Shown: positions 9,517 through 19,063 of the stretch, one piece after another
How positions within the stretch are numbered: position 1 is the first letter of the stretch
Layout of the letters: every line of letters begins with the position of its first letter
Virus record (IMG/VR): IMGVR_UViG_3300037067_017823
Span: 1 to 64,000 of that record
Strand: one strand, 5' to 3'
Origin: a virus
Lineage: Duplodnaviria; Caudoviricetes
Length of the DNA stretch: 64,000 nucleotides
The notes under the pieces: generated by a model
What the model saw: the letters and a program-made list of their open reading frames with translations, nothing else
What the model was told of the DNA's origin: nothing
The model's database searches: none
Program-made: the position numbers and the translations under genes

Positions 9517-9534
9517 TACAGGTGTCAAATCTTT

Positions 9535-9576
9535 GAAAAATATAGGGAAATGCCCTAAAAAGAACAGAGCATTTTT
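9535..9576 (-). terminator. Possible intrinsic terminator downstream of the major capsid gene
   Basis: Minus strand TAGGG-CATTT-CCCTA followed by TATTTTT; a longer competing stem AAATGCTCT/AGGGCATTT overlaps it. Confidence 0.4.
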
Positions 9577-9603
9577 AATTGGAATGAGAAGAATGAGGAA
9601 GAA

Positions 9604-11232
9604 TTATAGGTCGAGGACTACGATGCGGGCGTAATAATCGGGGCGTACCATATGTTTGCCGTATCTCGTCATGAGTCCTTTACGGGGCGTAAAGTCCTCT
9701 GGAGCGAAGATTGTCGGAGTGATTATTAGTGGCACATACGGGGCATAAACATATCCGCACTCGAGGAAGCTATTTCCCTTGTAACCAAGTAGTATCTGAT
9801 TCTTTAGCATGTAGGGATCTTTGTAAACAGTGAATCGGTTATTGAGTGTGCCAACTTTTTCTGTTCCAACAGAGTATTTCGCTTCACCAGCATCACCAGT
9901 GTAATTCGGTTTGAATTCAGCAGTTGATTCTAGGATTGTGCAAACATCTGGAGAAGCAACCAGCCACGTGGCATTTCCTCTCTTAGTTCTGCTGAAGATT
10001 TCGTTAGAAGCATCGACGATCACCTCAAAGAGGCCGCGATACCATTCAATCGGAGAAGTAGTCGTGAACGAGCCGCCGATTGTAGCGCCGGTTCGTGGAT
10101 TGACATACTTGCCCTTTTGACGTGACCAGAAGCGAGTTATTGCAGCTCTGCTCATTAGGTCACTGATGATTTCACGATCGATTTCTAGAGCAATCTGTTC
10201 TGATAGAATCTGAGTGAGCTCTGCTTCAGCGTCGACGTTGAAGTATGAGTTGAGATCCTGAGCTAGTTCAGGAGTCCAACGAGCTCTGAGTTTCCGTGAC
10301 TGAGCTACGACAGTCGCAGATTCGAGTTTTATGTCGATTTCTGGAATTGTCGGAGTGGGGGAAGCGCCGAGATCTGATTCAAAGGGTTGATAGACGCCTA
10401 CGCCACCAGTTGTGCATGGAGCCGAGATGCAAGAAGCTGTTGAGGCGCAAACGAAGCAAATTGATGCAGATGGACCGAAAGCAGCATCTGTGTAAACATA
10501 GAGAGCAGATCCATTTAGAATCTTGTTGTGTCTACGGTATTGAACTGGAGCTGCAGCCGCCCATGGAGAAGTACCTGAAGAAACAACAACGCTCTTTATG
10601 GCCGATTGGTCGAGCGTGCCGTTGCAAGCAGTTGAAGTGATGCTCGTAAGAGCAAATACGTTTTCGAATACTGTTGAGCCACTGAGATCTGGATCGAATG
10701 ATACAGATGCCCAGGGAGCAGAACCCGAAGTAGCCGGAGCTGAAGCGTATGTTCCACTTACGAGAACCTGAGAATACGCTGAATGGAGATCATATAGACC
10801 ACCAGTTCGAGCAGCGCCTGAAGCGTGGAGGCATGAACCAACGGGATCACCATATACCGAGCCACCTTCAGTGTAACCACATTGGCCAGCGCCATAAGTA
10901 AAGTCTAGATAGAAGATGAGACCTGACGGTTGATTCATCGCTTGTACGGAAACTAGTTCCTGAGCGAGTAAGTTACCGAAGGCTCGTCTTACGATTGGGA
11001 ACGCGTTTGTTTGGAAACCAGCGATATCAGAAGTTTGTGAAGATTCTTTGATTAGTTCTTTCAGTTGGTTCTCTAGAAGAACAGCCATATTCTCTTTCTG
11101 GTTGTCGTCTTTGAGACCATTGAGCAATGGTGTATTTTTTGACCATCTCTCAACAAGCATCGCTCGTTCGGCACCTTGGTTGTAACCGCGAGCGCTCTTA
11201 ATCAGTTCATTGATATTCATTGTTCCGCTCAT
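9604..11232 (-). CDS. gp23: Major capsid protein, T4 gp23 family
   Basis: FPIVRRAFGNLLAQELVSVQAMNQPSGLIFYLD; SRKLRARWTPELAQDL; EIDREII; GYVYAPYVPL; KGLMTRYG. Confidence 0.96.
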   Translation of the reverse strand: MSGTMNINELIKSARGYNQGAERAMLVERWSKNTPLLNGLKDDNQKENMAVLLENQLKELIKESSQTSDIAGFQTNAFPIVRRAFGNLLAQELVSVQAMNQPSGLIFYLDFTYGAGQCGYTEGGSVYGDPVGSCLHASGAARTGGLYDLHSAYSQVLVSGTYASAPATSGSAPWASVSFDPDLSGSTVFENVFALTSITSTACNGTLDQSAIKSVVVSSGTSPWAAAAPVQYRRHNKILNGSALYVYTDAAFGPSASICFVCASTASCISAPCTTGGVGVYQPFESDLGASPTPTIPEIDIKLESATVVAQSRKLRARWTPELAQDLNSYFNVDAEAELTQILSEQIALEIDREIISDLMSRAAITRFWSRQKGKYVNPRTGATIGGSFTTTSPIEWYRGLFEVIVDASNEIFSRTKRGNATWLVASPDVCTILESTAEFKPNYTGDAGEAKYSVGTEKVGTLNNRFTVYKDPYMLKNQILLGYKGNSFLECGYVYAPYVPLIITPTIFAPEDFTPRKGLMTRYGKHMVRPDYYARIVVLDL

Positions 11233-11280
11233 GATGTTTTTAGATTCTCCTATTTCTTTCTAACTATAATAAAGTACATC

Positions 11281-11328
11281 AACTTTTCAATCGCATCTAT
11301 TTTCGATAGATAGAAGTGCGATCAAGTT
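11281..11328 (-). promoter_or_regulatory. 5' leader hairpin of the capsid mRNA, just downstream of a TATAATTAA box (11327-11335)
   Basis: Minus strand AACTT-gATCGCA...TCTAT-cgaaa-ATAGA-TGCGAT...AAGTT imperfect stem. Confidence 0.4.
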
Positions 11329-11385
11329 AATTATACTCGAATTTTGATTTTTACTTTATTTTTTGAGAAATAAGTTGGGAGAGGA

Positions 11386-11784
11386 TTAACTATACTTCCG
11401 AGCAATAGCCAAGAGAACTTGAAGATCTTTTTTTGAAATCGTTTGAGAATCATTCCAATCGAACCCTGGGTCTTTTAAATCCTTTTCAATTTGTTCGGCA
11501 GCTTTTTCATAGATATCGCCAACTTGTTCAACCATATCAAGAGCTTCAAGAATACCAGTTTTCGCAACAAGACAGACGTCCCAAGCTCCAGTAGTATTAA
11601 ATTCGTTTCCTCTCTTTTTTACTTGAGTTCTTAATTTTCTAATGACAAACTCTTGTATATCAGCCATAAAATCAGCGGTCTCGTCAGACTCTTGCCAATG
11701 TTTTATACCCACCATCCCTTCAGAAAGATTTACTTCTTCTTTAATTAGTTTTCTGAGCTCACTAAGTTTTATTCTTTTTATCAT
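11386..11784 (-). CDS. Putative head-internal (cargo) protein
   Basis: Leader MIKRIKLSELRKLIKEEVNLSEG shared with the neighbouring gene. Confidence 0.6.
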   Translation of the reverse strand: MIKRIKLSELRKLIKEEVNLSEGMVGIKHWQESDETADFMADIQEFVIRKLRTQVKKRGNEFNTTGAWDVCLVAKTGILEALDMVEQVGDIYEKAAEQIEKDLKDPGFDWNDSQTISKKDLQVLLAIARKYS

Positions 11785-11818
11785 AGTTTATTCTCCTCGA
11801 TCAGTGCTCCTATATAAA

Positions 11819-12286
11819 TTACAACTGAAGTGTTTTTATAAGTTTTGGAGTCATATCCTTTAATTCTTGCTTATATTCAGCTTTAAGTTCTTTCATAAAA
11901 CGATCTGGATCTTTTTTATATTCTCGAGATAAGTCCCTATTTTTAACCATATTATCTTTAGCTCTCTGAATATAATCTTCCCAAGAACTAACATCGTTTT
12001 CTTGTTGTACCCATTTGATATAATCATCGACAGTAGCACCACTATATAAAGCAACTATAGTATATCCGCCTTGTAGTTCAAAGACGTGTAAAGTTTTTGA
12101 AACAGCTAAAAGTTTTGGAAGATCAAAAACAAAATCCATAACAGCATAATGTCCAGATGAACCTTCATCAGGCGTATGTTCAATTCCAACATTTTTAATT
12201 TTTTGAGTATAACCACTTCCTTCATTAAGATTTACTTCTTCTCGAATCAATCTCTTCAGTTCACTAAGTTTTATTCTTGTTCTCAT
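11819..12286 (-). CDS. Putative head-internal (cargo) protein
   Basis: Leader MRTRIKLSELKRLIREEVNLNEG, then an unrelated body. Confidence 0.6.
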   Translation of the reverse strand: MRTRIKLSELKRLIREEVNLNEGSGYTQKIKNVGIEHTPDEGSSGHYAVMDFVFDLPKLLAVSKTLHVFELQGGYTIVALYSGATVDDYIKWVQQENDVSSWEDYIQRAKDNMVKNRDLSREYKKDPDRFMKELKAEYKQELKDMTPKLIKTLQL

Positions 12287-12303
12287 GTCTCTCTCTTCGG
12301 TTA

Positions 12304-13500
12304 TTATTCGATTCCGGCAAGTTTCTTCATTCGGTCAGCATCAACGATCTTCGAGGGAGGAAGAACGCCTGTTGGCCGAGCGGCCTCGAGAAGAACTTGA
12401 CGATCGACTTTGTCACTAAATTCTTTCTTCTCTTCCGCTTTCTTCGGTTGTTCTTTCTTCATGCTCTCTTGAAGTTTCGTTACTTTCGAAGGAGTTGTGC
12501 TCGAATTCTTGATTACGGCTTTTTTGTCAAGCTGTTCGAGAATCGTACGATAAACAACAACTGATTCTTTGCTGTTTGTCGCTTTATCAAAGGCTTCGAG
12601 AACTCGATATTTTCTATCCTTGTTTAGATCATAGCGAGCAAAGATTCGATTTACGAGAACGAGTTTTTCATTGAGCAGTTTCGTTTCACTTAGAATATTT
12701 TCAACTTTCTTCATTGTCATTCGTTCATTAACGATAATTTTCGAAGCTCTATTGAGAGCTCTCTTGAGAACATTGATTCTATGCTCAAGTTGAAGAGTGC
12801 GACTTTCTCTTCGTGGAAGTTCTTTTCTCATTCTTCTATTCTCCTTAACATCTTCGAGAGGTTCTTCTTCTGAATCATCAACGATATCAACATATTCATC
12901 ATCTTCTGGTAGTGGTGTATCATCAACGATATCAACAAACGTATTATCATCAGCGGCATCAACATTGATACGAACGTCATTATCTTTTATGTCGATATCA
13001 ACTGATTCTTCAAGACCTTCTTCTCCTGAATCATCTTCAATTTCGAGCTCTTCATCATCGCTAACTTCTTTGTCAGACTCGTCTTCTTTTGTTTCTTCGG
13101 CTTCGCCTTCTTCTGTTGGTTCTTCGCCTTTCAGTTCTGCAACGTCTTCTTTCACATCGTCAACCTTCACTTCAACAGCATCGACCTTTTGTTCGAGTTC
13201 TTCAACTTTATCTTCTACGCTTCCACCTTCAGTTCCTTCTTCACCATCTTCTTGTTCAATTTCTTTTGCGAGATCGTCGAGGTCGACTTCAGCTTCAGCA
13301 TCTCCGTCACCTTCTGGAGCATCTTCATCGTCTTCTTGTTCTGATAAAATTTTCTTTGAGGACTCATTTATTTTTTCATCGAAAAGCTTCGTGATCTTCG
13401 GTGAAAGTTCGTTCATGAGCTCAGTTTTTGCATTTTCAATTGCAATTTCTTTTAGAGCCATTGCTGATTCAACTACAGAATCTACTACTTTGTCTGACAT
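12304..13500 (-). CDS. Prohead core/scaffold protein (gp22-like position and composition)
   Basis: Very acidic N-half with many LxE/IxE sites, coiled-coil C-half (LLNEKLVLVNRIF), C-terminal RMKKLAGI; upstream of MCP. Confidence 0.8.
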   Translation of the reverse strand: MSDKVVDSVVESAMALKEIAIENAKTELMNELSPKITKLFDEKINESSKKILSEQEDDEDAPEGDGDAEAEVDLDDLAKEIEQEDGEEGTEGGSVEDKVEELEQKVDAVEVKVDDVKEDVAELKGEEPTEEGEAEETKEDESDKEVSDDEELEIEDDSGEEGLEESVDIDIKDNDVRINVDAADDNTFVDIVDDTPLPEDDEYVDIVDDSEEEPLEDVKENRRMRKELPRRESRTLQLEHRINVLKRALNRASKIIVNERMTMKKVENILSETKLLNEKLVLVNRIFARYDLNKDRKYRVLEAFDKATNSKESVVVYRTILEQLDKKAVIKNSSTTPSKVTKLQESMKKEQPKKAEEKKEFSDKVDRQVLLEAARPTGVLPPSKIVDADRMKKLAGIE

Positions 13501-13590
13501 TTTAATTTTCTCTCCTCTATTCAGCTTGATGTCTGTAAGCTGAACATATTTAATTATAGCTGAACTTGTTATTTTTCTTATTTTTATCTA

Positions 13591-13809
13591 TCAAAAGTCA
13601 ACTATTATTTCAGAACTTATTGCACTGTCTATGTCGTTTCTCAGTTTTTTCTTATCTGCGATATCGATTCCATATCTTGAAAATTGATTGATAATGAAAT
13701 CATATGCATTAATAGAAATTTTTCCACTAATCTTGTTTATTTTATCGATTTTTTGAAACTGTTGCGGAGTGATTTGCTCTTCTTTAAGAATTTCAGAAAA
13801 CTTTATCAT
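13591..13809 (-). CDS. Putative head-internal protein
   Basis: MIKFSEILKEE N-terminus resembles T4 capsid-targeting sequences. Confidence 0.55.
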   Translation of the reverse strand: MIKFSEILKEEQITPQQFQKIDKINKISGKISINAYDFIINQFSRYGIDIADKKKLRNDIDSAISSEIIVDF

Positions 13810-14777
13810 TGAGCGATTAAGCCGTTTTCGTTAAGTGTATTAACCAAGTCTGAAAATACAGAAGCGAGATCTGAAATTTCAACTTCTGGATCTTCTTTTA
13901 TGAGTGCTGTAAGTTCATCGAGAGATTTTATGAGCTTTGAAACGTTATCAATTACAACAGCTTTCTTCGTCTTAAAGACTGGCGATTCTCTTTTTTGTGG
14001 CGAAGGTTCATTTTCAGTATCAGCATCTGTTTTAGTTAGTTCTCTTTGTTCGTCGAGATCTTCACCTCTTCCAACATCATAACCTTTAAGTTCGAGATAA
14101 TCGCGGAGATCTTGTCCTTTTATCTCTTCAACGAAGTAAATTTTTATGTTTCCTGTAATATATGAATCACCTTTTACAACAACAGTTTCCTCTTCATGCT
14201 GTTCAACTTCGCCTTCTGGTGTTAGTGATTGTTTTATGTCAACTTCTACTTCTTCATCTTGTCCGAGGACTTCTTTTTTTGGAACGCTTATTTTTACTTT
14301 TTGAGTTTTAAAAACATCATTTGTAAGACCGAAGTTTTCAAGATCTTTTCTTAAATAGTTATAAAAAACAGTAGTAAGTGCAGCTGTTAAAACATCATTT
14401 GTAACTTTAATACGTCCCATTGTTGTATCAAATTCATGTTTATATTGAGAACCAGCATGCCAATCTGGATCTGACGGTGAACGAGTACTAATAATCGCAT
14501 AGTCAGATCTCTGTTCGGGATTCGGCGACTTGCTTGGCCACATTGTGATAGTGAAAAATTCTGGGTATGTTCTAGAAAATATGGAGTTGGCGTCTTTTAC
14601 TACTTCTCTAACATCTATTCTTTTTTGATACTTTGATTGAAGATTATCGATTGTATCAGAAATTATTTGATCTTTATGTGAACCAGGATTAAGTCCAATT
14701 GATAATTGTCGTCTGTGACCAATATAGTTGCCACGCTGCTCACCAATTAATTGAATAAGAGAATATTTCTTCATCAT
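13806..14777 (-). CDS. Head-region hypothetical protein
   Basis: 323 aa, MMKKYSLIQLIGE start, acidic C-terminal half ending LNENG. Confidence 0.65.
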   Translation of the reverse strand: MMKKYSLIQLIGEQRGNYIGHRRQLSIGLNPGSHKDQIISDTIDNLQSKYQKRIDVREVVKDANSIFSRTYPEFFTITMWPSKSPNPEQRSDYAIISTRSPSDPDWHAGSQYKHEFDTTMGRIKVTNDVLTAALTTVFYNYLRKDLENFGLTNDVFKTQKVKISVPKKEVLGQDEEVEVDIKQSLTPEGEVEQHEEETVVVKGDSYITGNIKIYFVEEIKGQDLRDYLELKGYDVGRGEDLDEQRELTKTDADTENEPSPQKRESPVFKTKKAVVIDNVSKLIKSLDELTALIKEDPEVEISDLASVFSDLVNTLNENGLIAQ

Positions 14778-14807
14778 GTCTTAATTATTATCGCAAAACG
14801 AAATTTT

Positions 14808-15254
14808 TCACTTTTCAATTGCTTCTGTTAATGCTGAAATCTTATTGAAATCTATAAAGCTTTTTTCTGCATCTGAGAAACTAAGTTGCTGTTCAGTTTT
14901 TGCGGCTTCCCTTTGTATAGTTTCCTTCGCCATTTCTTTGAATATAGGATCTTGTATTTTTTCAACGGCGGCTGTTATCTTTGGATTAGTAGGAGCTAGA
15001 ACAACATTCTCATCTTCACCGAGGACGGCTCTTCTCATTTTATTTCTCATCTCTTCGGTAATTTGTTGCTTCTTCGGTTGCCTCATTATTTGCGCTTCAC
15101 TTTGAGAAGTTGTTGTAGCAGACATTCCTGGAATTTGAACGCTTATATTGATTTTATCAGCTATTGATTCATTTATTGTCTTCTTAATGAAGTCTTCTGA
15201 AAGAACTTCTGTGAGGAGCTCTTTCACAAGCTTTTTGAGTTCAGTACGAGTCAT
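14808..15254 (-). CDS. Head-region protein with ELKKL leader
   Basis: MTRTELKKLVKELLTEVLSE...INES. Confidence 0.7.
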   Translation of the reverse strand: MTRTELKKLVKELLTEVLSEDFIKKTINESIADKINISVQIPGMSATTTSQSEAQIMRQPKKQQITEEMRNKMRRAVLGEDENVVLAPTNPKITAAVEKIQDPIFKEMAKETIQREAAKTEQQLSFSDAEKSFIDFNKISALTEAIEK

Positions 15255-15284
15255 ATTTATTTATACCTCCAATGCTATCATAAC

Positions 15285-15623
15285 TCATTCTTCTTCTTTT
15301 GAAATCTTTTCTTTCTCGGCTTCTTTTTCTTCAATTTCTTTAGATGCTTTTTCAACATCACTCATAATATCAGACAGCTTATTCTGTGTAGGAACCTTGA
15401 CACCCTTCAATGCCTCATTAAGGTCATCTTTAAAGTCATCGAGAAGCGTTGGAGCAATTAGTGGACCCGATTTTTCGAGGGCTGCTTCAATGAGCGGAAT
15501 CAGCTTTTGAATGAGCTTCATTAGATCTTTCGCTGCTCCTTCGGGGTCTTGTGGAACGTCGTTTTTGTACTTTGTGAGTTGTTCACTAAGAACTTCATTG
15601 ATGTGTTTCTTTAATGGCTTCAT
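15285..15623 (-). CDS. Head-region hypothetical protein
   Basis: MKPLKKHINEVLSE leader; AAGGAATGAAATG RBS. Confidence 0.65.
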   Translation of the reverse strand: MKPLKKHINEVLSEQLTKYKNDVPQDPEGAAKDLMKLIQKLIPLIEAALEKSGPLIAPTLLDDFKDDLNEALKGVKVPTQNKLSDIMSDVEKASKEIEEKEAEKEKISKEEE

Positions 15624-15644
15624 TTCATTCCTTCTCTCTTCTAA

Positions 15645-15983
15645 TTATTCTGTAGCATTTTCTTTCCAATATTCTGTTGTGAATTCATTAAGAGTCTTGT
15701 GAGCACTATCTAAATCATTAATTACCTTGCGTAAATCCTTAAGCTGTAAATAACATTTCGTATTTTTTGTTTCTTTATATGCTTTTGAAAGTCTATTGAC
15801 AACATCTTTTAAATCAGACATCATATATGGAATTTTTTCTTCACAATCACTAATACGCTCAATTCCAGAGTGTCTCATATAATATTCGATGAGGTCGATT
15901 GCGAACTCGAGGTGCAAGGTGTCGTAATCACTTTGTTCTAACAATTTCAATAGCTTCACTGATAATGGATTAATGGCGCGCAC
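15645..15983 (-). CDS. Head-region hypothetical protein
   Basis: GTG start, MRAINPLSVKLLKLLE; 5' end duplicated at 16290-16333. Confidence 0.6.
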   Translation of the reverse strand: MRAINPLSVKLLKLLEQSDYDTLHLEFAIDLIEYYMRHSGIERISDCEEKIPYMMSDLKDVVNRLSKAYKETKNTKCYLQLKDLRKVINDLDSAHKTLNEFTTEYWKENATE

Positions 15984-15986
15984 GTT

Positions 15987-16214
15987 TTATTCCTTGTCTC
16001 TGTTTTGCGTTTTGTTAAATTCATCACCTAATATATTTACAATTTGTTCAACGATTCTTCCAGTAGCACCTGAAGATATTATTTTATCCATATTTAAATC
16101 TAAGAGCAAATCAATAACATATTTTCGAACTGTGGCCCTTACAATACCAGTATAATTTTCTTCCTTTATTACTTTCTTCAATTCACTCAAAGTTATTCTA
16201 TAAATTTTTGTCAT
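15987..16214 (-). CDS. Putative head-internal protein
   Basis: Leader MTKIYRITLSELKKVIKEE. Confidence 0.65.
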   Translation of the reverse strand: MTKIYRITLSELKKVIKEENYTGIVRATVRKYVIDLLLDLNMDKIISSGATGRIVEQIVNILGDEFNKTQNRDKE

Positions 16215-16265
16215 TTTTTCCTTATCTATCCTTTCTTGAAGAATTGAACTTGGCGCGCGCGCTGT

Positions 16266-16316
16266 TCATTCAACAATATTTCTGATAATCACTGATAATT
16301 GATTAATTGTGTGCAT
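16266..16316 (-). pseudogene. Truncated paralog of the 15645-15983 gene start (MHTINQLSVIIRNIVE*)
   Basis: GAGACAGGGAATAAAAC-ATGCACACAATTAATCAATTATCAGTG vs GAGACAAGGAATAAAAC-GTGCGCGCCATTAATCCATTATCAGTG. Confidence 0.55.
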
Positions 16317-16331
16317 GTTTTATTCCCTGTC

Positions 16332-16553
16332 TCAGTCATCAAGTGAGTAATCGAATGTGATCACTTTGAGTCTTTCGATACACGAGTCGAGAAGCTCTTC
16401 TTCATAGTTGTATCGACTTAATTTTTGGGACTCAGAGATTTTTGACAGATCTTTTATTATCTGTTTAAGAGCTTCCATATCTTTTGAATAATGTGATTGT
16501 TCCTTTATTAATTTTTTAATCTCACTTAAAGTTGTTCTATAAATTTTGGTCAT
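16332..16553 (-). CDS. Putative head-internal protein, paralogous leader
   Basis: Leader MTKIYRTTLSEIKKLIKEQ. Confidence 0.65.
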   Translation of the reverse strand: MTKIYRTTLSEIKKLIKEQSHYSKDMEALKQIIKDLSKISESQKLSRYNYEEELLDSCIERLKVITFDYSLDD

Positions 16554-16568
16554 TTTGTTTCCTTCTCT

Positions 16569-17678
16569 CTATCCCTTATTCTTAAAATACTGAATTTGAC
16601 GCTCTCGCTTCTCAATTCCTTCTCTCGTCTTGCTTCTTCCAAGAACTCTTCTTTTTCCAGTCTTTGGATCTTCCTTTTTACTATAGAGAACATATTCGTT
16701 TCCAACTTTACGAATGACTTCACTAATTCTCGTTGTATATCTTCTGAGGGCGGCTTTCACTTCATCTCCAGAATCAGTCTCACCCTTGATACACTTACCA
16801 GTAGATTTTCCGAGATGATCATATTCTTTATGATAGCCTCGTGGGCAATCGTCATCAACTGGTTCATCTGATTCATTGAGAGAAAGACTATTTGAAAATG
16901 TATGTAGTTCATCAAACTGTGGATCAGACGTTTTCATACCGCATACTGAACAATTAAACTTATATTCTTGTGATGTTGGACCAAAGTAGGAATCACCATA
17001 GTTTGGATCATATATTAAATAGCCATCTTTTTTATGACTCAAAAGACATGTCAGTTCTACATCGAATCCTTCAGCAGCATACTGCTTCGCTTCATTTATA
17101 TCGATCTTCTTTTTATCTTTCTTTCGATCATACTTTGTTTTATCTTTGTGAATACTATGTTTTTGAGGAGGAAGAGGCTTCCGAATTTTCTTCAAGATGT
17201 CGTGTTTTTCGATCTCTTTTTGCTCATTTATGTTTCCCTTCACATCATGAACAAATAAGAATTCTCTTTTTGTCTCTTCGTTTGTTTGATCGTCATCTGA
17301 TAAAGAGAACATTGGAGCCCAACAATTCGAACAAACGATCGTTCCATCATCTTCAATGAGCTCCGCCTGTGAAGGATATTCAGTTGCATTGCAAGTAATC
17401 GATACAGGAATTCCTTCGAGAACCTGTGATATTGATTCTTTTACAACTGATTTCGTTCTTACTTGAACACCATTGAACGATCGCCCGAGACCACCAACTT
17501 GAGTTACAATGAGCGAAGGATCAATTTCTTTCACTTCCTTTTTTATTTGTGGCAAAATCTTGTAAGCGAATGAAGATGGGCAATAGAAAACTACTCTATC
17601 ATCAAATACTTTAACTTTTTCAAGTTGATTTCCGAACGCTGAACGAATTTCTCTCTTTATCTTCGATTGCCAACTCAT
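16569..17678 (-). CDS. Modular head-region protein (probable polyprotein)
   Basis: Short modules separated by VKE/INE/LNE/ISE; final module IRKVGNEYVLYSKK...LGRSKTREGIEKRERQIQYFK. Confidence 0.65.
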   Translation of the reverse strand: MSWQSKIKREIRSAFGNQLEKVKVFDDRVVFYCPSSFAYKILPQIKKEVKEIDPSLIVTQVGGLGRSFNGVQVRTKSVVKESISQVLEGIPVSITCNATEYPSQAELIEDDGTIVCSNCWAPMFSLSDDDQTNEETKREFLFVHDVKGNINEQKEIEKHDILKKIRKPLPPQKHSIHKDKTKYDRKKDKKKIDINEAKQYAAEGFDVELTCLLSHKKDGYLIYDPNYGDSYFGPTSQEYKFNCSVCGMKTSDPQFDELHTFSNSLSLNESDEPVDDDCPRGYHKEYDHLGKSTGKCIKGETDSGDEVKAALRRYTTRISEVIRKVGNEYVLYSKKEDPKTGKRRVLGRSKTREGIEKRERQIQYFKNKG

Positions 17679-17690
17679 ATTATTATGACC

Positions 17691-18377
17691 TCACTTAAAA
17701 CGCGCTATAATTTTACCGTTATCATCTTTAACGATGTAAACAATTTTGTCCATCATTTTATCGAGTTTATTGTGATAAAAACTAATAGAGTATACCGCTT
17801 CTTTGTTTTTTGAAAATCTTTCGAACGAAGCGCGATAAATTTCTATATATTTTGAACCAATTGCTTTTTCTATATCTTGCTCTGAAAGCTTATCAATGCG
17901 TTTGTTATTGTCGTTGATATCATCAAACGGATTTGCATATTCTTGATCACCATACTTAACAACAGGATGATAGAACTCTTTAAGAGTTCTTCTTATTTCT
18001 TTTCTGAGGTTTAACTTAGAAAAATGTTTTTGTTGTACGTCGATAGCCGAATCAATTAATTGTCTAAATGATTTCTCGTCAATAAACTCACCAGAAAATA
18101 TTACTTCGTGTGGATGATATTCTTCACTATGTGCAAACTTAGGATCATCAAAAAGAATTCTTATTTTTCCTTTAACTGATATCTCAAGAGTATAAGCCCA
18201 ACCCCAAGAAGTTCCTGTTGGATCTTTTTTAAACAGATACTCTCTGTAATACGAATTGTTGCCATTGGGACTCTTTATGAGTTTATCGTTTTGAGATAAA
18301 ATTGTATCTATCTGCTTTGTTGTAAGAACGTCTATTCGAGGTTTTCGAAATTCTGTTAATTTCATGTAAATCACCAT
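17691..18377 (-). CDS. Two-module head-region protein
   Basis: MKLTEF start; internal LNLRKEIRRTLKEF leader copy. Confidence 0.65.
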   Translation of the reverse strand: MVIYMKLTEFRKPRIDVLTTKQIDTILSQNDKLIKSPNGNNSYYREYLFKKDPTGTSWGWAYTLEISVKGKIRILFDDPKFAHSEEYHPHEVIFSGEFIDEKSFRQLIDSAIDVQQKHFSKLNLRKEIRRTLKEFYHPVVKYGDQEYANPFDDINDNNKRIDKLSEQDIEKAIGSKYIEIYRASFERFSKNKEAVYSISFYHNKLDKMMDKIVYIVKDDNGKIIARFK

Positions 18378-18793
18378 TTATCGATTACAAAATCATAAAC
18401 ACTCTTAATATCTTCGTAAAGTTGTTCAATTTCTTCTCTGTTTTCTTTTTTATTAGGCTTATTTTTAAGCTTGTTTAAAATCAGATCAACTCTTTGTTTA
18501 ATGTTTTCGATGCCACCTACGACGTCAATATCATCATCAATTGTAAATTGCTCTCTTAATATTTTCTTTATTTCAAGTCTCAAATTATTATAACGATACC
18601 TTTGATTTTTAATAAATTCAATAGCGTCTTTTACACTTATTATTACAGTGTTTGAATTGTCATCAAACGTTACTACAACAATCTCTGATCCTGTGCTGCT
18701 CCCTCGCATTATTCGTGGTGTCCAGTCTATTTCACCATCTAAAGATAACCAAAAGTCGTGTAATAATTTGAATATTTTATTTGTTGAATTCAT
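18371..18793 (-). CDS. Two-module head-region protein
   Basis: Internal NNLRLEIKKILREQ leader copy. Confidence 0.6.
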   Translation of the reverse strand: MNSTNKIFKLLHDFWLSLDGEIDWTPRIMRGSSTGSEIVVVTFDDNSNTVIISVKDAIEFIKNQRYRYNNLRLEIKKILREQFTIDDDIDVVGGIENIKQRVDLILNKLKNKPNKKENREEIEQLYEDIKSVYDFVIDKW

Positions 18794-18802
18794 TTTAATT
18801 CC

Positions 18803-19063
18803 TCACTTTATCGATATGATTGCTGCATCAATTGGATTTGTTATTTCTTCTTTCTCGAGAATTCTTTCAATGAGTGCCTGTTTTATCTCTTGTTCAGTCA
18901 GCCCTTTATGAGAATGTTCACCATAAAAATAAGTTGCTCGACTATCAACGAGACCGACGAGTTGCTTCGATAAGTTTTTTATCTTCGGATCACTCTTTAT
19001 GTCATCAATGAGTTCGTTCACAATTTGTTGAAGGAGAGTATCATCGTCTCTAAATTTTTCCAT
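18803..19063 (-). CDS. Hypothetical protein
   Basis: Probable start MEKFRDDD at 19063 after GAAAGG (track starts upstream at 19165). Confidence 0.55.
   Translation of the reverse strand: MEKFRDDDTLLQQIVNELIDDIKSDPKIKNLSKQLVGLVDSRATYFYGEHSHKGLTEQEIKQALIERILEKEEITNPIDAAIISIK

Noticed and set aside
9508-9528. Sigma70 promoter from TTGACA plus TATAAT upstream of 9504
   Set aside because: The two hexamers are only 6 nt apart, not about 17.
11640-11720. DUF4259-like N-terminal motif (GIKHWQESDETADF) in the 11386-11784 body
   Set aside because: Resemblance is too weak to call without a profile search.
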